Positions 1 through 9,944 of a stretch of 64,000 nt of DNA are shown here, piece after piece (position 1 is the first letter of the stretch; each line of letters begins with the position of its first letter). Below the pieces are notes generated by a model. It was not told the origin of the DNA and did no database searches. It was given only the letters and a program-made list of their open reading frames with translations. Made by a program: the position numbers and the translations under genes. This stretch comes from Pseudovirgaria hyperparasitica (lineage: Eukaryota), in the NCBI GenBank assembly GCA_010093815.1, contig ML996567.1; one strand, 5' to 3'.

Positions 1-2
1 TC

Positions 3-2921
3 CGATTTTATATTACTCCGGACTTCCGATGGAACGATAAGCACCATGGTACTTCAGAATCATACTGGATCTGGGTCGAGAACTCGGAGACATCCGAGAT
101 CTACCATCATGAATTCTTCATCCTATCAAGAAAGAAGCTGTACGACGACCACGAATTGAACTTCACTATACCCCTAACTGATCCACTGCCGACTCAGATT
201 TACGTCCGCGCCGTGTCTGATCGTTGGCTTGGAGCCGAGACAGTTACTCCTATCTCGTTCCAGCACCTTATCAGGCCCGATACGGAAAGTGTGTACACTG
301 ACTTGCTCAATCTTCAACCATTGCACATCTCAGCACTCAAAAATCCGCTTCTGGAGGAACTTTATGGCCAACGCTTCCAATACTTCAATCCCATGCAAAC
401 CCAGATCTTCCACTGTCTATACCATACACCGGCTAATGTATTACTTGGATCTCCGACAGGTAGTGGGAAGACTGTTGCAGCTGAACTGGCGATGTGGTGG
501 GCCTTCCGCGAGAACCCTGGATCGAAGGTCGTATACATCGCGCCTATGAAGGCGCTTGTGCGCGAGCGAGTGAAGGATTGGGGCAAACGTCTTGCTCTTC
601 CGATGGGTCTGAAACTCGTCGAACTTACTGGTGACAACACACCTGATACTCGTACGATTAGAGACGCCGATATTATTATTACTACGCCTGAGAAATGGGA
701 TGGTATCAGTCGTAGCTGGCAGACGAGGGGCTACGTGCAACAAGTCAGTCTTGTCATCATCGATGAGATTCATCTACTGGGTGGCGACCGTGGTCCAATT
801 CTTGAGATCATTGTCTCTCGTATGAATTATATTGCATCTCAGAAGAAAGGCTCGGTACGCTTGCTGGGTATGTCCACTGCGTGCGCAAATGCCACAGACC
901 TGGGCAACTGGCTTGGTGTGAAGCAAGGGTTGTTCAACTTTCGACATTCTGTACGACCGGTACCGCTTGAGATCTTCATCGACGGTTTTCCAGAACAGCG
1001 AGGCTTCTGCCCGCTGATGCAATCGATGAACAGACCGACCTTCCTCGCCATCAAGTCACACTCTCCCAACAAGCCAGTCATTGTATTTGTCGCTTCCCGA
1101 CGGCAAACTCGCCTTACAGCCAAAGATCTCATCAACTTCTGTGGCATGGAAGACAATCCACGTCGCTTTGTAGGAATGTCGGAAGATGATCTTATACTCA
1201 ACTTATCCCGCGTCAAAGACGACTCTCTTCGCGAAGCTCTTAGCTTCGGAATTGGCCTGCATCACGCTGGTCTCGTTGAATCTGATCGACAGCTCGCAGA
1301 AGAGCTTTTCGCAAATAATAAGATACAGATCCTCGTTGCCACGAGTACTCTGGCATGGGGTGTGAATCTGCCTGCGCATCTAGTTGTAGTCAAGGGTACA
1401 CAGTTCTTTGATGCCAAGATCGAAGGGTATAAAGACATGGACTTGACAGATGTTCTCCAGATGCTTGGTCGCGCCGGTCGTCCTCAATTCGACTCATCTG
1501 GAGTTGCCCGAATCTTCACACAGGAGGCTAAGAAGCCATTCTACAAGCATTTCCTGCATACTGGATTTCCAGTAGAGTCCTCATTGCACAATGTCCTGGA
1601 CAACCATCTGGGAGCAGAGATCTCGGCGAAGACTGTTGCTACAAAACAGGACGCGCTGGATTATCTGACATGGACGTTTTTCTTCCGGCGTTTGCACAAG
1701 AATCCATCGTACTATGGTCTTAAAATTTCTGCTGATGAGCACAACACCATCGCAGCCCAACAGCTTGCGAATGAGTACATGACTGAACTAGTTGACAGGT
1801 CTCTCAACGAGCTTGCCACTTCTGGGTGTATAGAGATCCACTCCGATGGTGATATCGATCCTACCCCTCTTGGTCGCATAATGAGTTATTACTATCTGTC
1901 GCACAAGACTATTCGTCATCTTAAAGACCATGCGACACGCACGGCGACTTTCGAGGACGTGTTGAAGCTGATGAGCATGGCGACCGAGTACGATGAGCTA
2001 CCAGTTCGTCACAATGAAGACTTGATCAATGCTGAGCTATCCAAAAATCTTCCACTCAAGGCCGATAACATGGACTTGCCAATGTGGGATCCGCATGTAA
2101 AGGCATTCCTGCTTCTCCAGGCCTACTTCAGTCGCATTGATCTGCCTATCAGCGATTACGTTGGAGATCAGAATTCTGTACTTGACCAGAGTATCCGTAT
2201 CATCCAAGCCAGCATCGACGTCCTCACCGAATTCGGGTTTAAGGAAAGCTGTGCGATGATGATGACGCTGCTGCAGTGTGTCAAGTCAGCGCGCTGGCCA
2301 ACAGATCATGTTCTGTCTATCTTTCCAGGCGCAGAGCGTCTTGCAGACTCGCCTCCGAAGCAAGACGCCACCCCATCTTCGCTCGTCGCCGTGACACAGA
2401 TGACACGTCACTCCATCGAGGCATTGCCATCCACACTCAATATTCCACAAAGCATCCGCCCTCGCTTCCTGAAGGCTGTATCGCATCTCCCAACACTCCA
2501 TATTAGTGTTCCACCCGACTCCATCTCCTCCACCACTCTCACGCTCTCCCTGACCCGCACCAACCGCCCGACCGACACCCAACTCCGCATCTTCGCGCCA
2601 CGCTACCCGAAGCCGCAATCTGAAGGCTTTTTCGTACTCATCTCGCTTGCAGGAACCGACGAAATTGTCGCATTGAAGCGCGTCGGTTGGAATGTAGCTG
2701 ACCCCAGAAAAGCTGGTAAAGGAGGTCAGAGTGCGAGACCTGGCATGAAGACCATGGCAAAGCTGAGACTGCCGGAGAGCGAAGTGGCGCGGAAGATGGA
2801 TGTTAGCGTTGTTAGTGATGGGTATGTGGGCATGTCTTGGAAGTTGCAGATTGATGTACCGGCAATGATCAAGACGATGGGAGTTGAGGCGCCGGCGGCG
2901 AAGAAGGAGGCTTCTTCTTGA
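3..2921 (+). CDS. SLH1: Ski2-like/Sec63-domain helicase Slh1 (ASCC3/Rqt2 orthologue), C-terminal cassette; 5' part lies outside the window
   Basis: Frame is open from base 3 (RFYITPDFRWNDKHHG...). Motifs SPTGSGKT, DEIH, STA, HHAGL, QMLGRAGRPQFD and a Sec63 region (ELPVRHNED, DPHVKAFLLLQA). Confidence 0.92.
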   Translation, partial: RFYITPDFRWNDKHHGTSESYWIWVENSETSEIYHHEFFILSRKKLYDDHELNFTIPLTDPLPTQIYVRAVSDRWLGAETVTPISFQHLIRPDTESVYTDLLNLQPLHISALKNPLLEELYGQRFQYFNPMQTQIFHCLYHTPANVLLGSPTGSGKTVAAELAMWWAFRENPGSKVVYIAPMKALVRERVKDWGKRLALPMGLKLVELTGDNTPDTRTIRDADIIITTPEKWDGISRSWQTRGYVQQVSLVIIDEIHLLGGDRGPILEIIVSRMNYIASQKKGSVRLLGMSTACANATDLGNWLGVKQGLFNFRHSVRPVPLEIFIDGFPEQRGFCPLMQSMNRPTFLAIKSHSPNKPVIVFVASRRQTRLTAKDLINFCGMEDNPRRFVGMSEDDLILNLSRVKDDSLREALSFGIGLHHAGLVESDRQLAEELFANNKIQILVATSTLAWGVNLPAHLVVVKGTQFFDAKIEGYKDMDLTDVLQMLGRAGRPQFDSSGVARIFTQEAKKPFYKHFLHTGFPVESSLHNVLDNHLGAEISAKTVATKQDALDYLTWTFFFRRLHKNPSYYGLKISADEHNTIAAQQLANEYMTELVDRSLNELATSGCIEIHSDGDIDPTPLGRIMSYYYLSHKTIRHLKDHATRTATFEDVLKLMSMATEYDELPVRHNEDLINAELSKNLPLKADNMDLPMWDPHVKAFLLLQAYFSRIDLPISDYVGDQNSVLDQSIRIIQASIDVLTEFGFKESCAMMMTLLQCVKSARWPTDHVLSIFPGAERLADSPPKQDATPSSLVAVTQMTRHSIEALPSTLNIPQSIRPRFLKAVSHLPTLHISVPPDSISSTTLTLSLTRTNRPTDTQLRIFAPRYPKPQSEGFFVLISLAGTDEIVALKRVGWNVADPRKAGKGGQSARPGMKTMAKLRLPESEVARKMDVSVVSDGYVGMSWKLQIDVPAMIKTMGVEAPAAKKEASS

Positions 2922-3317
2922 TTTGCGATGGAGTGTTTCCTGGATTACCGAATTCGTCTTCTTTAGTGGACTTGGTCTGCTCGGATGGACAGGAGGAAAG
3001 TTATATTGCTGGCATTGTAGCTTGTTATATACGATTATGAGATAATAAACTCAGATGCCTTGTCCTCGCTTTATCGGTTGCGTAAGCTCCACTTCTACAG
3101 ACGACTCCTTGACGCTTTCAAAAGAACCAGCGCACGGAATATAGCTATGGTTCGTGTACGTATAGCTCAGAGCATACATGTCTTCCATTCGTTGCCCCTA
3201 GTCATGGTTCTATGCTCTGTCGTTGTATGTAAAATATGCATACACACACTGTTTTCATGTTCAGTCAGCGAGCCTCTGGAATATCGTAGATTGCCTGACT
3301 CACCTAGCCGACATGTA

Positions 3318-3572
3318 CTAACAAAATCGACATTTCTCGTTAATCCGTGGTGCCTGGACTGTATGTTTTTGCGTGGGAGTCTTGCAGAAACCACTTTTTC
3401 CAGATGGTGTTGTCAGAGATCCACACCTATGAGGCATCTCCTGGAAAGCATGGCCGCAAACGGCCGAATAGTACACGTACCAGCCGCAGGTGCAGTATCC
3501 TGGGTTCAAGGGGCTGCTGACAAGATGATTTCGAACGTCGCGACCCATACGAGCTGGCTCAATCGTTGCCAT
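3318..3572 (-). CDS. Small (84 aa) Cys/His-rich hypothetical protein, putative Zn-binding
   Basis: ATG-initiated ORF with CTC..CGH..C..C..CxxC pattern, no signal peptide; TATATA-like element about 145 bp upstream on the minus strand. Confidence 0.45.
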   Translation of the reverse strand: MATIEPARMGRDVRNHLVSSPLNPGYCTCGWYVYYSAVCGHAFQEMPHRCGSLTTPSGKSGFCKTPTQKHTVQAPRINEKCRFC

Positions 3573-3732
3573 GACTTTCTGGAGATACCAAAAGCTTGAC
3601 GAAGGATCGTGTTAAAAGAGTACTGAACAAGTAGATCAATTGAGAGGAATGTAAGGGTAACAGAAACGATATTGAAGTAAATGATGAGTGAGATCTTGCA
3701 GATATCTTCAGCAATATATAAGTTCTCTGAGT

Positions 3733-4119
3733 ATCCTCAAGCCTAAGCCCTCGCGTTTTAGCTTGATTATTGACCTTGGATGAGTTCGCGCGCGCTTCCA
3801 GAGCTCAAACGGGCAACGGTATACGGATGAAGTGCCGCTCAAGGTTTCTGCGCCGCAATCGAAAGATGGGACGAGCACCTTAGTCGCCATCGGCTATTTC
3901 TGGACGACCTGTCACGACGTACAAGAATCGTGTCGAATCCTCAAGCCTGAGCCCTCTCGTTTTGGCTTGAATGTTAGACTTCGAATTCGCGCGCTTTCAG
4001 AGTTGAAACGGGTAACGGTATACGAATGAATTGCCGCCTAGGGCTTCTGCGCCGCAATCAAAAGATGGCTGAGCACTTTAGTTAGTCACGTTTATTTCTA
4101 GACGACCTGTCGCGACCTA
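3733..4119. repeat. Degenerate tandem duplication, two copies of ~185-190 bp with starts 204 bp apart
   Basis: Copies begin atcctcaagcct at 3733 and 3937. Shared colinear blocks include aaacggg.aacggtatacg.atgaa, ttctgcgccgcaatc.aaagatgg and tatttct.gacgacctgtc.cgac. Confidence 0.9.
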
Positions 4120-4390
4120 TGATAAATCATTTTTGAATTTATGGTACCGCGCTTTGAGGGGCTGTGCGTAGTAATAGCCAATTGTGCTTGCGAATTTGGC
4201 GCCGAGGACTGAGCATCCACAAATGTAGTCACCCGAAGAATGTGTTCGAAAGTGCGAGCTACCGAAGATTTACCGACCGCAACGCGCAACGCGCTACCCA
4301 TATAGTGAGTGCATCGACCTCTGATCACGACATACTCTATTCATGACCATAATCTGTCTTTGACACGTTGGCCAAATCGTATCTCTCACA

Positions 4391-5617
4391 ATGATCAAGC
4401 CGAATGAAAGGTTCATGTCTGAGGGGCAGGGTTATTTTGGTTCACGAGAAGACCCCAACACTGAAACACATTGCAACGTGTGGGACTGGGACCAGCTCTG
4501 CATGATAAAGCTGAAGGGGACAGCGAAGCTCTTTCCGCCCAATGAAGACGTCGAGGTCCCAATACTGGCACGAATGGCCGATCTCCTATCTCCTGAAATC
4601 CGTGCGGTCACAGTGAACGATGAAGGGCTCATTGTCGAAACATCGAGAGATCCAGAGGAGGACGATACGATGTTCATTGGTTATCTTCCCCTCTCCTCTT
4701 ACAAGTTCCTTCATGGATGCCGTCAAATACAGTATTCCAAACTAAAAGAACTCGATCGCCTTGGGCCTGGCGTAGACCTGTGTTCATACCACGACGAATC
4801 CGGAACTCTCGAAAAGGTCGTCTTCAAGTTCAATCCCATTGGGAAGGATTTGCGGTTGAACATGGCATGGAATGAGATTAATCTTCTTGCGACTCTGTCA
4901 ACCCACCCAAATATTGTACCATTTGATCGCGTGGTGCTCGATGATGTTGAATCGCGTGTGGTCGGCTTTACAGTGAAATACATACCTGGAGGGACTCTGG
5001 AGAATCCAAAGATACCATTTCGCTTCGAGTGGTTGAAACAACTCACCGAGCTTGTTGATTATCTCAACCTGGACTGGGGAGTCATGCATCAAGATATTGC
5101 ACCTCGGAACCTGCTCATCGATCCCGAGACACAGAAGCTCCTCCTCTTTGACTTCAACTGGGCTGTGTGTGATACAGAGGACCTATCATCTGGGCGGGAC
5201 GATGTGACTGGTGTCATATTTACGCTATATGAGCTTATCACAAACGATACGCACTTCACAAGCATCGCTCATTGGGAGCGCAATGTGGATGTAGTTCAAC
5301 ACATGACGGACTGGCCTTGCAAGCGCGAACTTGATGCTGACGTAACGACGTTACGCAAGTTCCTGGACGAATGGGTTGCAACCAGAAGATCTCCTGGCGA
5401 CCTTGAACGATTTCTCAATGCACCAAACCAACTTGAATTGTCAAAGCGACCGAACCCTCCCGACTACAATGTCCCTTTTCCGTGTGGAACGACACTCGAG
5501 GGTGAAACGGCGTGGTCGACAGGCCCGCGAGGTGTGCAGGATGCAATTGGAATAGGTCAATTTGTTTTTCGCTGGCAAAGACCGCCACAGAGTAGGTTGA
5601 AAGGGCCAGATATCTAA
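4391..5617 (+). CDS. Atypical fungal protein-kinase-like protein (408 aa, intronless)
   Basis: VVFKFN (beta3 Lys), WNEIN (alphaC Glu), HPNIV, catalytic loop HQDIAPRNLL, DFN in place of DFG. Confidence 0.85.
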   Translation: MIKPNERFMSEGQGYFGSREDPNTETHCNVWDWDQLCMIKLKGTAKLFPPNEDVEVPILARMADLLSPEIRAVTVNDEGLIVETSRDPEEDDTMFIGYLPLSSYKFLHGCRQIQYSKLKELDRLGPGVDLCSYHDESGTLEKVVFKFNPIGKDLRLNMAWNEINLLATLSTHPNIVPFDRVVLDDVESRVVGFTVKYIPGGTLENPKIPFRFEWLKQLTELVDYLNLDWGVMHQDIAPRNLLIDPETQKLLLFDFNWAVCDTEDLSSGRDDVTGVIFTLYELITNDTHFTSIAHWERNVDVVQHMTDWPCKRELDADVTTLRKFLDEWVATRRSPGDLERFLNAPNQLELSKRPNPPDYNVPFPCGTTLEGETAWSTGPRGVQDAIGIGQFVFRWQRPPQSRLKGPDI

Positions 5618-5879
5618 TCATGATAATAAGCAACATGGCTGTATTTTTCGATTCATACTAGAGAGAACGATTTATGTCGTATATAGCAGGGATTACGCTG
5701 CAGGCGAGCCTTATCTGCTATTACCGCGTAGCTCCTACATAGCAATAAGGCTGCAGCCTTTCGCCATAGTCCTCACCTCAGCCTCGCGCGTCTGTCTACG
5801 CCTGTCACTCTCCATCAGAATCTTATCACATAAAACTAGTCGTGACATTCAATGATCGGCATATCCAACGTGATACACT

Positions 5880-8735
5880 ATGATGGAGTCTTTCATTTAC
5901 GAGCCACTCGATTCTGAACAGCATGACTTTAGGCTTCTCACGCTACTTGGCGGCGACGAAAAGCAAATTCGGTGCAGGATCTCCCATTATTCACTGAGCT
6001 CAGACTCGGCTATCAGCAAGCCTTATGAGGCATTGTCGTATGCCTGGGGTGTTACCGCCTTTGTTGAGTGCATCGAAGTCAACGACAAGGAGTTTTGGAT
6101 TACTGAAAATCTGAAAACAGCATTGGATGTTCTTCGGCATCGAGACAAAGGCAATGATCGTACACTATGGATAGATGCCATCTGTGTCAATCAGGAAGAT
6201 CTCAAGGAATGCAATCAGCAAGTCCCCATGATGGGAGAAATATTCGAAAAGGCGGAACAAGTGATCTTCTGGCTTGGAAAAGCAACGAAGCATGCAAGAA
6301 CATTGATGCGATGTCTCAACACCCTTGAATCAGCTTTTGTAGACCGGTCCGAAGGCGAGCATTGGGAGATCGACGATACGCGATGGCTCGGGCTCTGGAA
6401 CAGCTTTGGCTTTGCCGAGGAAGTGAAGCAGGCCTGCGTCACAGGTCTCGAGTTCCTCCTGAGCCAACCGTGGTTTGAGCGAGTGTGGATCATTCAAGAA
6501 GTTGCCAGAGCTAGTGTTGGAACTGTATGCATCAGCGACTTTAACGTGAGTCCAAAGATACTCGCGGTCGCTCCTGTAGTACTCGATACAATTCCCGACC
6601 CTCATTGTCTCTCAATCCTGAGTATAATGCCAGGGGTCACGAATCCGCGCCCTGAGTGGTTGTACCAAAACAACGATATCATCACGATCATGTCGAGGTT
6701 TAGAAACTGCAAGGCCACAAAGGTTCATGACCGAATTTATGGACTACTAGCAGTCTGCACCCACCATGACATCCAGATTAACTACGACCAACCAGCTAGC
6801 GAGGTCTTCCAGCAGGTCTTCGATGCTACACTCAATATGACTACCGCATCCTTGCATGAAGTGCTCCTCATATTTCAAAACTTACCAACACTTAGTGCTG
6901 TATTCATGGTCAAAGTTCAAGAAGATATCTGGGCAAGCTCCATGAAAATGGCTTCGTTCGAAGTAATTGACGGATATTGGAGGACAAGATACGAGAGTTT
7001 AGAACCGCTTTTCGACGCTTTGATGTCCGTACATAAAGAAACGAAATTTGACTGGCGGTTGCTGATAGAACCGAACGAACATCGTGTATCCGACACAGAG
7101 AAGACAATGTTCCAGAAAATATCGCATCTCCAACGAAAAGAAGACGGAGGTCCGGGCTACCTTCTTACCCGGAGGTTGTTTGATGATGGGACGTCAATGG
7201 CGCATGTGCAGGTTATGGTGCCCGAGGTAATGACCGCCAAAGTATGGGCGATAAACGATCTGGGTATGGCATTACACACTGCCCATTACTATACTGGTCT
7301 ATCCACTGCTCGAGCTTTACTCCAAAGTGTGAAATGGAGTCCGGATTTGTTAGACCCCGTATTCCAAGCATCAGTTACAAGATTGCGTCATGAAATTGTT
7401 GAATTACTGCTTGAGACAAGAAGCACTCATAATGCAACTCAACTGGACCTTGACAAGGCCTTGGGTCGAATACCCTTGGGTGAATCATCAGATCGTAAGC
7501 AAATTGCACTACACATATTTGAAAAGTTGATCCAGTCAGGGGCTAGTTCAACCTCGCTACAGAACAACATTGGCGTTCTTATTGCCGCACTATTGGAACC
7601 AGGATTTACCGGGCTCGCGGAAACATTACTTTGCAAAGACCCAGACCTTGCACAAGTGGCCTTGTTCACAGCTTCGAGTTCTGGTGACCCGGACGCCATC
7701 CAGGTACTGTTATCGTATGTCAAGAATGTGAACTGCATAGACCCTAAAACAGGCTTAACACCATTAATGGCTGCTTGTACACCAGGTAAAGAAAATTGCG
7801 TCCGGAAACTCATTGCCGGCGGCGCAGATGTAAACCAACAGGCTATTTCTGGGCATACGGCTCTATTCCAGGCCGTGATACACCGTGCGAAGCTTAGTAT
7901 GCGACAGCTCATTAGCGCTGGTGCAGGTACAAATATCATGGATAAAGATGGGCGGACGGCCCTATTTGAGGCCGCACGATGCAAGAACGAGAAGGCTATA
8001 GATAAGCTTATTGCCGCTGGTGCAGACGTCAATTTCGCAGACAAGCTCGGGCGTACGCCATTATTTGAGGCCACAACGTCTGAGCACATGATTGGCATGA
8101 GGTACCTTATGGTGGCAGGCGCAGACGTCAATCACAAAGATAATCGCGGGCTTACGGCCCTATTTGAGGCGGCACGACATAGGGAAGAATACTGTATACG
8201 AATGCTTATTAACGCTGGTGCAGACGTCAATTCCACAGATGACCGCGGGCGTACAGCTATGTTCGTGGCTGTAAACTATGGTTCAGTAGACTCTCAGCTA
8301 CCCCTTCTCGCCGCTGGAGCCGATTTGAATCATAAAGACACCGATGGACAGACAGTCTTCTTAATGGCCATGCATCGCCAAAACTGTGTGCACAGCAAAA
8401 TCATCGCCGCTGCAGCCGACGTTAATCAGGTAGATGACCGAGGAAACACAGCGCTCATTATAGCAACAAGAAGCCTATTCTATAGCAAAGAGGTCGTGGA
8501 ATCATTGCTCAAAGCTGGTGCTGATGTGCATTATCAGAGTGCCGAGCATGGGACAGCATTTCACGCGCTGATCAACACATGGAGTTTTAAGGACTGCTGT
8601 TATAGTGATGGTCCAATATTGACAGCTGACTGTTTGCTCGAATACGGCGCTCAGCCTTCAGAGGAAGACGCGGAGACACTGAGGAGGTGGCAAAGTCATC
8701 TAATGATCACTCGGAGGAGAACGATAGCACCTTGA
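5880..8735 (+). CDS. HET-domain protein with C-terminal ankyrin repeats (951 aa)
   Basis: HET motifs YEALSYAWG, LWIDAICVNQED, QVPMMGEIF..A..V.FWLG, WFERVWIIQE, D.IYGLL; about 9-10 ankyrin repeats (G.TALF.A ... LI.AGADVN). Confidence 0.9.
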   Translation: MMESFIYEPLDSEQHDFRLLTLLGGDEKQIRCRISHYSLSSDSAISKPYEALSYAWGVTAFVECIEVNDKEFWITENLKTALDVLRHRDKGNDRTLWIDAICVNQEDLKECNQQVPMMGEIFEKAEQVIFWLGKATKHARTLMRCLNTLESAFVDRSEGEHWEIDDTRWLGLWNSFGFAEEVKQACVTGLEFLLSQPWFERVWIIQEVARASVGTVCISDFNVSPKILAVAPVVLDTIPDPHCLSILSIMPGVTNPRPEWLYQNNDIITIMSRFRNCKATKVHDRIYGLLAVCTHHDIQINYDQPASEVFQQVFDATLNMTTASLHEVLLIFQNLPTLSAVFMVKVQEDIWASSMKMASFEVIDGYWRTRYESLEPLFDALMSVHKETKFDWRLLIEPNEHRVSDTEKTMFQKISHLQRKEDGGPGYLLTRRLFDDGTSMAHVQVMVPEVMTAKVWAINDLGMALHTAHYYTGLSTARALLQSVKWSPDLLDPVFQASVTRLRHEIVELLLETRSTHNATQLDLDKALGRIPLGESSDRKQIALHIFEKLIQSGASSTSLQNNIGVLIAALLEPGFTGLAETLLCKDPDLAQVALFTASSSGDPDAIQVLLSYVKNVNCIDPKTGLTPLMAACTPGKENCVRKLIAGGADVNQQAISGHTALFQAVIHRAKLSMRQLISAGAGTNIMDKDGRTALFEAARCKNEKAIDKLIAAGADVNFADKLGRTPLFEATTSEHMIGMRYLMVAGADVNHKDNRGLTALFEAARHREEYCIRMLINAGADVNSTDDRGRTAMFVAVNYGSVDSQLPLLAAGADLNHKDTDGQTVFLMAMHRQNCVHSKIIAAAADVNQVDDRGNTALIIATRSLFYSKEVVESLLKAGADVHYQSAEHGTAFHALINTWSFKDCCYSDGPILTADCLLEYGAQPSEEDAETLRRWQSHLMITRRRTIAP

Positions 8736-9121
8736 GAGATTGGATTACACTTTAGTGCTATATACTCTGGGCAATAAGTCATCAAGTAAATTTCTACAGC
8801 ATGCTATAAACATCAACCCATTTAATATCTACATCACAGTGGCCGAGATATGACATGTTCAGGTAGGGGCGGCACGGCACGTGAAGAACCAGCGTGAAAA
8901 AGGCGTTGGATCTATTGCGGTGCCTGAGCGCAAACATACCCTTCGTACATCCACATGTCAGTCAAACGCTGCGTCACGGCCGAATCCAACAGCAACACCG
9001 CAAGCAGCAGGATAGCCCCTTCAAAAAGAATCACCAGCAACAATCAGCCCAGACCATCATACATTACTCCTCCGACCTCATACCACATTAAAAAATCCAC
9101 ATCGCACCCCACATTCCCACC

Positions 9122-9944
9122 TCAACTGGCAACAAAATGCCCAGTATGCCCCTTCACCCCATCCCGACACCGCTCACAGTCCTCCCTCCTGCCTTCCTCC
9201 CACCGTCCTCTCGCCGACACCGCCCCACTGCGCATCCTCCGCCTCGGCACCGCACACCTGGCATCGCCCTCCACGCTGCCAAACACATTCATGCGCTCCA
9301 ACAACATCTCCGCCGAGCATCCCGGCGTCGTCGGCTCGTTCTCACTGATCGGTGAGGGCAGACCGGTATCGTCGAACGCGAGCGCGCTGTTTCGGAGAGC
9401 GCGCACGGGGAGACGGAGGGGCGCGGGGGATGTGCGGGCGCGAGGGAGCGGAGGGCGGAGGGATGTGCTGTCGGTGTTGGTCGCGGCGATGGGCGTGGGA
9501 AGGCGGCCTGTGGATGCGGCTGGGTTTGCGAGTTTCTGTGCGTCCAGGCGGGCCGGACGGGTTGGACGGATGAATGTGGGTGGGGAGAGGCGTGATTGGG
9601 GAGGCGGTGGAGTCATGGGGACGTCGTTGTCGTCGTCGGAGTCGGTTTCTGAGTCGATGTCCATGGCGTTTGGGGTCGTGAAGTAGGATTGGGGTGCAGA
9701 GTCGGAAATGGGGGTGGGATAGAAGTCGAGGAGAGGGGTCGGTGGGAGAGAGATGGAGCAGGCGAGGAGGAGGCCAGGAGTGAAAATTTGTGGTGTGTTG
9801 CATGCTTTCTGTGTCTGTGTGAATATCTTGTCCATAGAGATGGTGATAAGATTGATTACAACATACCTTGTCCAAGTGCATGTGTTGATACTCTTCTTCC
9901 TCATCCTCATCTCTCGCCCGCTTAAGCCCCTGAAACAAGCCCAT
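9122..9944 (-). CDS. Conserved-looking fungal hypothetical protein, Pro/Ser-rich, with C-terminal CxxC...GH..H motif; 2 exons (9944-9867, 9808-9122)
   Basis: ATG at 9944 (MGLFQGLKRAR); phase-0 intron gtatgt...cag joins in frame; RLPTPI, LPSPISE and REDCERCRDGVKGHTGH motifs. Confidence 0.65.

Noticed and set aside
3060..3599. 179-aa + strand ORF after SLH1
   Set aside because: Non-ATG start, no motifs, and it overlaps the more plausible minus-strand Cys-rich ORF.
4391..5617. Kinase as a Spok-type meiotic driver
   Set aside because: It lacks the N-terminal coiled-coil, nuclease domain and Cys cluster of Spok proteins and is much shorter.
7439..8131. 230-aa antisense ORF with repeats
   Set aside because: Mirror frame of the ankyrin repeats.
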